NCBI GenBank assembly: GCA_026415355.1
Contig: JAOAHF010000001.1
Span: forward strand, 74,022 to 138,021
Direction: 5' to 3'
DNA from: Brevinematales bacterium
GTDB taxonomy: Bacteria > Spirochaetota > Brevinematia > DTOW01
Length of the DNA: 64,000 nt
Shown piece by piece: positions 49,871 through 58,329 of this stretch. Made by a program: the position numbers and the translations under genes. Below the pieces are notes generated by a model. The model made no database searches, was not told the origin of the DNA, and saw nothing but the letters and a program-made list of their open reading frames with translations. Each line of letters begins with the position of its first letter. Within the stretch, counting starts at the first letter, position 1.

Positions 49871-51468
49871 CTTTTCATATAGATACTATTACAGGAATAT
49901 TTCTAGTATTTTTAGTTTCAGCTATATTCCTATATATATTTGGAAGATTTCAAGTACCTTTCATAGTATCGTTGATTCTATCAGGTATTGTTTTAAACCA
50001 AATAGGTGTGTTGAATCATAACGAAGTTTTCAAGGAAATAGCAGATTTCGGTGTTATGCTTATGTTGTTTTTTGTAGGTGTTGAGTTTTCTCTAAGAATC
50101 CTTTGGAGTTATAGAAAAGAAGTAGTACTTATAGGATTGGGACAGATTGTGTTAACATCTATATTACCGTTAACTGTGCTGTGGTTGATTACTAAGGATT
50201 TCAAAGTTGCTTTCGTTTTGTCTTCTGTTATTGTAATGAGTAGTACTATAACTATACTGTCTATCGTAGAGAAAAAAGGAGCAATAGGAATAAGATATGG
50301 TAGAATTACTTTTCTAATTTCGCTTATACAGGATATTGTATCAATACTAATCCTTGTAGCTTTGTCTTTTATAGTTAATACTGAAAGTTCAAGTGCTAAT
50401 TTATTCGTTGGCAGTTTGATAGTCATCTTGTATTTTGTAGCATTGTACTATTTCACTAAAACTAGATTTGCTGAGATACTAGTTGTACGTGATAGATATC
50501 TTATTGTATTTTTAGCGATTGTTATAAGTTTTGGTAGTGCTACAGTTGCTAAATTTTCAGGTTTATCTCCATTTTTAGGTGCATTCATAGCAGGAATGAT
50601 AATATCTGAGTCTTTTTTTGGACGGCAGATAGCATCAGAAGTTTTACCTATTAAGGAGATTTTTGTTGGTTTTTTCTTTGTTTATATTGGGGCTTCGATA
50701 ACTTTGTCACTTCTTATAAAGAATTTTTCAGTAATAATACTTACAACTCTATGTATTGTTGTTTTTAAGTTTTTGGTTATGTTTTTAATACTACTAGCTA
50801 ATAGAGAATCTGTGGAGCATAATTTAAGGTCTTCTTCTCTTATTAGTAGTATGGGTGAATTTGGGTTTCTTATACTTTCGATCTCATTAAGAGGTAATGT
50901 AATATCGGATGATGTATTTGTTATATTCTCGTCGTCGATAGTTTTGAGTATGATTTTATCATCTCTTTCTTTTCAGTTTGTTGATAGAATTGCGGATAGG
51001 ATATCGATTCTCAAGATTAAAGAGTGGAATAAAGGTATTCTAGGGAAATTTGATGTAATAATAGTTGGATTTGGGCCTGTAGGGAGGAAGGTTACTGAAA
51101 TACTTATCAATATGAATGTTCCACACGTGATATTAGAGACAAATTCTGAAACTGTCAGAAAGAATAGAAAAGTTTTTAATATACATTTTGGAGATGCTAA
51201 AAGAGAAAGTACATTGAGATGGGTTGGTATTGAGAATTCCAAATTACTTGTCATAACAACTCCTGTTAAGAATGAATCTCTTACTATATCTGAGACAGCT
51301 AGAGCTCTTAATCCTAATATCAATATAGTAGCTAGAGCAAGATTTACTTCAGAGGCAGAGTCTCTTAGGCAGAACAGGATAACTAATGTTTTGTGTGATG
51401 AAGAAATTGTTGCGGATTACATGGTAGATTTTATAAGAAACAGTTATTTTCTTTCTTCTGGGAAGTAA
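49867..51468 (+). CDS. monovalent cation:proton antiporter-2 (CPA2/Kef-type) with C-terminal TrkA-N (NAD-binding) domain
   Basis: About 12 TM segments, then [17 protein letters not shown] (Rossmann GxGxxG) ... VITTPVKNE. Confidence 0.85.
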   Translation: MTFHIDTITGIFLVFLVSAIFLYIFGRFQVPFIVSLILSGIVLNQIGVLNHNEVFKEIADFGVMLMLFFVGVEFSLRILWSYRKEVVLIGLGQIVLTSILPLTVLWLITKDFKVAFVLSSVIVMSSTITILSIVEKKGAIGIRYGRITFLISLIQDIVSILILVALSFIVNTESSSANLFVGSLIVILYFVALYYFTKTRFAEILVVRDRYLIVFLAIVISFGSATVAKFSGLSPFLGAFIAGMIISESFFGRQIASEVLPIKEIFVGFFFVYIGASITLSLLIKNFSVIILTTLCIVVFKFLVMFLILLANRESVEHNLRSSSLISSMGEFGFLILSISLRGNVISDDVFVIFSSSIVLSMILSSLSFQFVDRIADRISILKIKEWNKGILGKFDVIIVGFGPVGRKVTEILINMNVPHVILETNSETVRKNRKVFNIHFGDAKRESTLRWVGIENSKLLVITTPVKNESLTISETARALNPNINIVARARFTSEAESLRQNRITNVLCDEEIVADYMVDFIRNSYFLSSGK

Positions 51469-51592
51469 TAAGTCATTTGATTATTTTATTCTAGTTTGAG
51501 TATAGATGTTTTATCTGTAACTTGGATGTTACAAGTTTGAAAATTCAGTTGCTAATTGTTTACTTTAAAGGCAGCTTGCAAGGAAAATTCTT

Positions 51593-54466
51593 ATGAAAAG
51601 ATTGTATTTCATTGTTATTATTTATTTTGTTTTTTCATTTGATCTCAGAGGACAGGTAAGTTTTTCTACTTTTGATCCTTTAAGATGTTGGACTAAGATA
51701 CAAACTATTTATTTTGATATTTACTTTTCTGAAACTTCTAAAGGTACTGCTCAAAGACTTTCGACGATAGTGGATAAAATATATGAAGAAGTTAGTGAAA
51801 AGATGAATGTTAGGTTTGGTTATAGGTTTCCAATAGTTGTTGTAGATCAAAGTGATTTACCAAATGGATATTATGTTGCTATTCCAAGCCCCTTTATAGT
51901 AATATATACCTCAAAGATAACAAAGTTAGATAATTTTGTCTTTGATGATGATCTAAAAGGTATATTTATACACGAGTTGACACATGCTCTTGCTATCGAA
52001 GAAGCAAACGGGGTTTTTTGGCAATTTCTGAGGTTTATATTTTCGTACTATATAGTGCCAAATATGTATTTACCTGGTGTATTTATAGAGTCTCCTACTG
52101 TTTTGAATGAAAGTATTTGGGGTTATGGGAGACTTAATAATCCGATTTTTACAGATAGTTTGTATTCTCAATCGTATTACGGTAAGTTTAGAAATTTTTA
52201 CAAAGCGAACCTTGTCAATGAATATCCTTTAGATGGGTGGTATTTGTATGGTGGTATGTTTTTTAGATACCTTGTTGAAAAGTATAGTTATGAAAAAACT
52301 TTGAGTTTCTACAAGGAAAACTCCTACTACTTGCCAAATAGTTTCTATCTTTCGTTTTTTAATACGTTTAAAAACAACTTATTTTCTGAATGGGATGAGT
52401 TTGGAAGGTATTTGAGCAATAAAGTAGTAAGTAGGATATATACATCTGAAGTACAGCAACTTTCTTTTGAAGGTGGATATAAAGAAAGATTAAGAAAATT
52501 TGATGATTTTATATTATACTTCCAAAGGGGGGTTAAGGGTGAATTACCATCTCTCAAGTATGTAAGAGTTGATGGTAAAGAAATTGGTTTTTTAGCTTAC
52601 GGTAGGTATTTGAGTAGATTTGATGTAAAAGGTAGTAGAATTGCCTTTTTGGAAACTATTTCTTCCAAGTATTATACAAGAAACTTTTTAAAGTTAGCCA
52701 GAATAATCAAGAAAAGTATTCCTGTGCTGGTTGATGAGATTAGCACGGATATACAAGGAGTTTATGATGTTAGCGTAGTAGATGACAATACTGTAGTAGT
52801 TCTTGTCCAAGATGATGATACTGCTAGGGTTGTTAAGATTAATTTGGAAGTGGATAATGATAAGATTAATTTCAAGACTAATATACTTTTTGAAGGTCAG
52901 GATATTTTCTACAAAAAAGTTTCAACCTATGATAATCTATTGGCTTTAGTGGTTTCAGAAGATGGGCTAGATGTTATAAAAGTCTTTAATTTTGACACTT
53001 TAGAACTGGTATATGAACTCAGAAAATTCAAATTTGTATCAGACATAACAGTGACTAGTAATGGTATATTGTTTTCCGGTTTAAATGGTGATAAGATTGA
53101 TGTTTTTGAAATTAGAGATGGTAAGATATTTAGAGTAGTATCACATCTTTTCAGTTTTTTTAATGTTGTTTCTGATGGTATTAGAATATATGGATTATCA
53201 TTCTCAAGAGAAGGTGTTGACATTTTCTTTGCAGATAAGGAATCATTCAGTCTAGTTGCTGAGGTTAAAAAGAATTCTTTTGATTTATATCCAAAGCTTA
53301 GAGATATTGTTTCTTTCAAAACTAACATAACTAGTATTCAAAATTACAGTTATTTCAATAATATAACGCTTTTTTCTATAATTACATCATTTTTCCCAGA
53401 TGTTCATTTTAATCCTGACTTTTCTTTCAGGAAAGTAGGGCTTTACTTTGGTTTTTATGATGAACCATTGGAGTTTAGAAGTTATTTTATAAGTATTGCT
53501 TGGAATCTTAATTCAAGGACTGTTGATTATGACGTTAGGTTTGTAGATTCTAGTATTCCTTATACTCTTTTCAGTTTTAGAGTTTTTAGAGATCATTTAG
53601 ATACAAACTTTACAATGGTTTCGGGTCTTAGGAGTAGGGGATATCTTTTTGATACATTTACTCTTGATTACTATAGACTTAAGGTTCAAGGGGAATTTGG
53701 TAATACGTATCTTAAAGTCTATCCTTTTGTAGCTTTTTCTTTTCCATCATTTGTTGGTAGAGAAGTTGTAGATATTGTATTTCCAGACTATAGGTTTGAT
53801 GATACAAGTGAGGGAATTGTGTCACCTTACTTTACTTTTGGTATTACTGTAAACACTTTGAGAAGTAGTCTTGGTGCTGTAACTTCAGAGGAAGGATTTT
53901 TGTGTAACTTTAATCTAAAGTTAGCTAATAAGATTTTTGGTTCTGAAGAAAATTCTTTGGTTGCTAGTGCTTTTTTTTCTTACTCTTTTAGAATTTTTGG
54001 TAACAATGTTTTGAAGTTAGGTTTAGGATTGAGGGGTAATTTGTTTTCAAGTTATTCTAATGCGTTTTGTTATGGAGGGTATCTATTTAAGGAATTATTT
54101 CCTGTAGAGGAGGGAGATGTATATAATATAAACTTACCTACTTATGTCGGATTTAGAGAAGATGGAGATTATTTTTTCACATCTCTTGCTAAGGTTTATC
54201 TTAAGTTATTTGAGGTTAACGAAGGTATATGGCCGATTTACATAACTGAGTTTTGGGTTGAGGTAGGTGGCAGGGGTGGTATTTTGTTTCAAAACTTTGG
54301 TGATATAGTTAATAGGTATTTAAGAACCGAACTAACTGTAGGGATATTCTTCAACTTAAACTTCATAGGTTATCTCGATACGAGGACAGGTATTGAGATG
54401 ATTTACAATACACTTGTGAAGGATTATGTGGTTGAATTTGTTTTTGATTTTGTTTTACCTTTCTAG
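51593..54466 (+). CDS. large secreted protein: N-terminal HExxH metallopeptidase-like domain + about 700-aa beta-rich (outer-envelope beta-barrel-like) region ending in Phe
   Basis: Signal peptide MKRLYFIVIIYFVFSFDLRGQ, then IFIHELTHALAIEE (HExxH + downstream Glu). The C-terminal two thirds have alternating aromatic/hydrophobic residues, and the terminal residue is ...VLPF. Confidence 0.6.
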   Translation: MKRLYFIVIIYFVFSFDLRGQVSFSTFDPLRCWTKIQTIYFDIYFSETSKGTAQRLSTIVDKIYEEVSEKMNVRFGYRFPIVVVDQSDLPNGYYVAIPSPFIVIYTSKITKLDNFVFDDDLKGIFIHELTHALAIEEANGVFWQFLRFIFSYYIVPNMYLPGVFIESPTVLNESIWGYGRLNNPIFTDSLYSQSYYGKFRNFYKANLVNEYPLDGWYLYGGMFFRYLVEKYSYEKTLSFYKENSYYLPNSFYLSFFNTFKNNLFSEWDEFGRYLSNKVVSRIYTSEVQQLSFEGGYKERLRKFDDFILYFQRGVKGELPSLKYVRVDGKEIGFLAYGRYLSRFDVKGSRIAFLETISSKYYTRNFLKLARIIKKSIPVLVDEISTDIQGVYDVSVVDDNTVVVLVQDDDTARVVKINLEVDNDKINFKTNILFEGQDIFYKKVSTYDNLLALVVSEDGLDVIKVFNFDTLELVYELRKFKFVSDITVTSNGILFSGLNGDKIDVFEIRDGKIFRVVSHLFSFFNVVSDGIRIYGLSFSREGVDIFFADKESFSLVAEVKKNSFDLYPKLRDIVSFKTNITSIQNYSYFNNITLFSIITSFFPDVHFNPDFSFRKVGLYFGFYDEPLEFRSYFISIAWNLNSRTVDYDVRFVDSSIPYTLFSFRVFRDHLDTNFTMVSGLRSRGYLFDTFTLDYYRLKVQGEFGNTYLKVYPFVAFSFPSFVGREVVDIVFPDYRFDDTSEGIVSPYFTFGITVNTLRSSLGAVTSEEGFLCNFNLKLANKIFGSEENSLVASAFFSYSFRIFGNNVLKLGLGLRGNLFSSYSNAFCYGGYLFKELFPVEEGDVYNINLPTYVGFREDGDYFFTSLAKVYLKLFEVNEGIWPIYITEFWVEVGGRGGILFQNFGDIVNRYLRTELTVGIFFNLNFIGYLDTRTGIEMIYNTLVKDYVVEFVFDFVLPF

Positions 54467-54582
54467 TTCATAATATTTATACATGGTAGTTTTATATTTG
54501 GAAATTTGATTAATTTTATGATATATCTGCCTTTGAGTATTGTAACTCTTGATCCTTTTAGTTTTGAATATTTGTTTTTTAC

Positions 54583-54610
54583 TAAAAGTTTTTAATTATA
54601 TTACGAAAAA
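54583..54610 (+). promoter_or_regulatory. candidate sigma-28 (FliA)-type promoter for flgL
   Basis: cTAAAaGTTT - 11 nt - tACGAAAA, compared with the sigma-28 consensus TAAAGTTT-N11-GCCGATAA. About 65 nt upstream of the flgL start. Confidence 0.35.
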
Positions 54611-54636
54611 TATTTTAGGGTATTTTTATGTATCTT

Positions 54637-54670
54637 CTACCAAGGATGGTAGAGAGCATTAACAAGGAGG
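54637..54670 (+). promoter_or_regulatory. candidate CsrA-binding leader: GGA-in-loop hairpin plus GGA in the Shine-Dalgarno sequence
   Basis: CTACC-AAGGAU-GGTAG stem-loop (54637-54652) closely resembles the CsrA SELEX consensus RUACARGGAUGU. A second site, AACAAGGAGG (54661-54670), overlaps the flgL RBS. Confidence 0.35.
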
Positions 54671-54674
54671 TTTT

Positions 54675-55922
54675 ATGATAGGTAGAGTCACTCAGAATTC
54701 CATATCAAATGAATTTCTTTTCTACTTGAAGGATAGAATGGTTGAAATGAATAAAAGACAAATAGATTTGACAAGTATGAGTAAGATAAGGATGCCTGAA
54801 GATGATCCTGTAGGTACTACTATGTCGATGCAGTTTCAGAGTAGGTTAAGAGAGATAGAAACCTATATAAGGAATATTGAAGAGGGTGAAGCTAGACTTA
54901 ATCTTATGGATTCAAACCTACAGAGTGCTACTGATATATTACATAGAGTTAGGGAACTTACAGTACAAGCGGCAAATGGTACCTACACTAAGGATGATAC
55001 CAAAAAGATGGCTATAGAAGTTGATCAACTGATAAGGGAGCTTGTTAATATTGCTAATGCTTATTACAAGCAGACAAATCTCTATGGGGGTTATAAAACT
55101 GATTTACCTTTTAGAGTTGAATATGGCCTTTCGGAAGAACTTGACTATGAAGTTGTTAAGAAGGTTGTTTATATGGGTGATGATGGAGTTGTGATGAGGC
55201 AAGCTGATACATTTGATTTTGTACAGATAAATTTGAATGGTAATAGACTTTTTGCTTCGGAGAATATGGTTATAAAGTCATCTATACCAGGTACAGGCTT
55301 TATTGCGGATAGAGATATGTCTTTTAAAATAGATGGAGTTGAGGTGAAAGTTTATAAAGGTGATACTCTTGAGGTTATTGTTGAAAAAATAAATAGTCTG
55401 AAAATACCTGTTAAAGCTTACATTGATAACTCAACAGGTAATAATTTCCTTACGCTTGAAAGTACTATACCACACAATATAACTGTTGAAGATGTAGGAG
55501 ATGGCGATGTTATGGAAAGACTTGGAATAGTAAGGAAAGGTGCTCCAGCTACACTTAATTACAATCCAGAAGCTAAAATATATGTGCTTTCTCTGTTTGA
55601 TGTACTGATAAAAATAAGGGACGATATGCTAGCAGGAAGACAACAGAACTTAGGTGGTGAGGATTTATCTCTTATTGATAATGGGCTTGATAATTTTTTG
55701 AGGTATAGGGCTGAAATTGGTGCTAGAGCTGAAAGATTGAAAGTTGTAAACACAAGATTGAATGCAGATATAGTTTATGTAAAAGATATACTAGCCAAAA
55801 CACAAGCTACAGATATTCCTCAAACTGTTGTTGAACTTAGAATGTTAGAATTAACCCATCAAGCAGGTCTACAAGTTGGTGCTAGATTAATGGGGCTTTC
55901 ATTACTGAATTTCCTAAGATAA
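54675..55922 (+). CDS. flgL: flagellar hook-associated protein 3 (hook-filament junction protein)
   Basis: N-terminus GRVTQNSISNEFL...KIRMPEDDPVG...ILHRVRELTVQAANGT matches the FlgL family (MRVTQSM...RPSDDPV...ILQRVRELVVQ). The C-terminus LRMLELTHQAGLQVGARLMGLSLLNFLR is a flagellin-type helix. Confidence 0.85.
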   Translation: MIGRVTQNSISNEFLFYLKDRMVEMNKRQIDLTSMSKIRMPEDDPVGTTMSMQFQSRLREIETYIRNIEEGEARLNLMDSNLQSATDILHRVRELTVQAANGTYTKDDTKKMAIEVDQLIRELVNIANAYYKQTNLYGGYKTDLPFRVEYGLSEELDYEVVKKVVYMGDDGVVMRQADTFDFVQINLNGNRLFASENMVIKSSIPGTGFIADRDMSFKIDGVEVKVYKGDTLEVIVEKINSLKIPVKAYIDNSTGNNFLTLESTIPHNITVEDVGDGDVMERLGIVRKGAPATLNYNPEAKIYVLSLFDVLIKIRDDMLAGRQQNLGGEDLSLIDNGLDNFLRYRAEIGARAERLKVVNTRLNADIVYVKDILAKTQATDIPQTVVELRMLELTHQAGLQVGARLMGLSLLNFLR

Positions 55923-56081
55923 TCTAACTTGATGTTGTTATCAGACTTGTGAATATTTGTAATTTTAGAGTTTTGATAAGCTTAGTACTAAATTTTGTTT
56001 ACTTATAGGTTTTGGAAAGTAAGTAGGAATTTTTGTCTAACCTTATCAGTATTTATATTGAGTTTAGCTTGTTGTTATGTA

Positions 56082-56693
56082 TTATGGTTCTATTTTATTT
56101 CTATTCTTTATTGCTCTAGATAAAGTAAGTGTGTCAGAATACTCGATATTACCTCCTAATGGTATACCTTTTGCTAGAGATGTCATTTTTACATTTATAC
56201 CTCTTTTTTGTATAAGTGATGTGATATAAGAAATGGTTGTTTCACCTTCAGAGTCGGGATCAAGAGCGAAAAATACTTCTTCTACTTTGTTTCTAGTAAT
56301 CCTTTCCATTAGTTTATCTATTGATATATCACTAGGACCTATTCCTTCGATAGGAGATATAACCCCTCCTAATACGTGATAAATACCGTTGTAGTGTTCT
56401 GTTTTTTCTATTGCTACTACGTCGTTTGGTTTTTCAACAACGCATATTATTTTCATATCCCTTTCCGGTGATGAACATATCTTGCATGGGTTTGTGTCTG
56501 ATATCATTCCACACTCAGAACATATTTTTATTTCTTTTTTTACTTTTTCGAGAGAGTAGGTGAGTCTATCCAAAAGTTTATCTTTGGACATTAGTATATG
56601 AAATGATATCCTTTCTGCTGTTTTAGGGCCTATTCCTGGTATTTCGCTTAAAATATCAACAAGCTCTTCTATACTTTTGGGTAATATTTCCAT
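56082..56693 (-). CDS. recR: recombination protein RecR
   Basis: HhH region LSEIPGIGPKTAERISFH, a C4 zinc finger CSECGMISDTNPCKIC, and a Toprim domain. Confidence 0.95.
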   Translation of the reverse strand: MEILPKSIEELVDILSEIPGIGPKTAERISFHILMSKDKLLDRLTYSLEKVKKEIKICSECGMISDTNPCKICSSPERDMKIICVVEKPNDVVAIEKTEHYNGIYHVLGGVISPIEGIGPSDISIDKLMERITRNKVEEVFFALDPDSEGETTISYITSLIQKRGINVKMTSLAKGIPLGGNIEYSDTLTLSRAIKNRNKIEP

Positions 56694-56814
56694 ATAGCCA
56701 CCTATGCCTTGATTTATTTTTTATGCTATATTTAGTTTAGATGATGTTTGTAAAAGATAATTCTTATGTATTTTGTTAGATTTAGGAAGACATTATTAGA
56801 ATTTACTCTTTCTG

Positions 56815-57075
56815 TTACTTCCATAAATCTACATCTATACCTATAAAGTTTTTTGAGTAAAAATGTATCAGAGCTTTTTTGATTTCTTTAGGTTCTATAT
56901 TTCCATGTATTATTCTTATCTTTTCTGAAACGTATGATATGAAAGGATGGAGTGTTTCTTTAGAGAGTTTTTTTTCTTGTGTTTTTTTTATCATATCTTC
57001 GTATAAGTATTTTGCTCTTTGATCGTTTTCAATAAGTTTTTCTATAGATGCTGATATTTCTTTGTATATCGACAT
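56815..57075 (-). CDS. small hypothetical protein (86 aa) translationally coupled to the GGDEF gene
   Basis: Its ATG directly abuts the GGDEF stop (TAAATG) with RBS AAGGGAG inside the GGDEF 3' end. No recognisable family. Confidence 0.5.
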   Translation of the reverse strand: MSIYKEISASIEKLIENDQRAKYLYEDMIKKTQEKKLSKETLHPFISYVSEKIRIIHGNIEPKEIKKALIHFYSKNFIGIDVDLWK

Positions 57076-58212
57076 TTATAGCTCCCTTTCTTGTATTATA
57101 GGCATTTCGTTTGAGTATATAGTTATTCTGTTTCTGCCTGTTTTTTTAGAATTATAAAGTGCGGTATCTGCTTTTATAAATATTTTTCTGAAAAGATCGT
57201 TTTCATTTTGAGCGCTTTCTATGTCTTCTTCAGTTATTTCTGCTATCCCTATACTAGGGGTTAGTTTAATTTTAGTTCTTTCATCCGGCTGGAAAAATTC
57301 TGAATTTAGTCTATCTTTAACTTTAGTACATACACTGTATGCAGATTGAGAGTCTGTTGAAGGGAATGCTGCTATAAATTCATCTCCTCCGTATCTTGCT
57401 ACTATATCCGAATTTCTTTTTATTTCTTGCCTTATAACATTTGCAAAAAATTTTATTGCTTCATCTCCTACGCTATGTCCGTATGTGTCGTTTATGTTTT
57501 TGAAGTGGTCTATGTCCATGACTGCAAGAGAAAGCTTTGTTTTAAATTTAATAACTTTTTTCATTTCATCTACCATTAAGTTTTTGAAGTAGTGAATATT
57601 ATATAGTTCTGTTAATCTATCATGAATAGCACTTTTAAATAGCTGAGCGTTTGTAAATATAGCTGATGCTATATTAGATATTATTGAAAGGCTATTTATA
57701 TCTCCTTCTGAAAAAATACTGTTCTTATTGTCTTCCTTTTTTATAAGTTCTACAACATACTCAACATTATCTTCTACTATTACTGGAACTTGGATTATGC
57801 AACAAGGTATTATTTTCAATATCTTGCCAAGACTAGAATCCTTTGTAGTTTGGTCAAAAGATATTGTGGGTATTTTCCTTTTTAATGTTATATCAAGTAG
57901 TTTACTTTCAAGTGTATTAGGTTGTATTCTTCTTACTAGAGAAGAAAAGTCTTTGTCTATTATTCTATTTCCTTTGTATTGGAATATTTCTGTGAATTCA
58001 TAACTATCTTCTACACTTTCTATCAATCCTCCTGCATCTGAATTTGTGGTCTCTATCATGAATCTTACCATCATGATCTTCAGAATGTTAACTTCCCTTA
58101 GATCAAGTAGCTTGAGAAATTCAGAAAACTCGTTTATTATCTTTACAGATCTATCTATGTTTTTGAATAACGTTTTGTATTTATGCCTTATTTTCTCGCC
58201 GTCTACATACAT
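57076..58212 (-). CDS. diguanylate cyclase (GAF-like sensor + GGDEF domain)
   Basis: RYGGDEFIAAFP (GGDEF active site) and DIDHFKNINDTYGH (metal and substrate-binding region). About 200 aa of N-terminal sensor-like domain. Confidence 0.9.
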   Translation of the reverse strand: MYVDGEKIRHKYKTLFKNIDRSVKIINEFSEFLKLLDLREVNILKIMMVRFMIETTNSDAGGLIESVEDSYEFTEIFQYKGNRIIDKDFSSLVRRIQPNTLESKLLDITLKRKIPTISFDQTTKDSSLGKILKIIPCCIIQVPVIVEDNVEYVVELIKKEDNKNSIFSEGDINSLSIISNIASAIFTNAQLFKSAIHDRLTELYNIHYFKNLMVDEMKKVIKFKTKLSLAVMDIDHFKNINDTYGHSVGDEAIKFFANVIRQEIKRNSDIVARYGGDEFIAAFPSTDSQSAYSVCTKVKDRLNSEFFQPDERTKIKLTPSIGIAEITEEDIESAQNENDLFRKIFIKADTALYNSKKTGRNRITIYSNEMPIIQEREL

Positions 58213-58329
58213 CGTATTAGTAGATATATTTTGAAAAACTTAAATTTGTTTTTCAACAAAACCGATTAGGAGGAGATTATTAAATTGCAAATTTATCTGT
58301 AGATGTTGATAATTTTTAATATATAGTAT

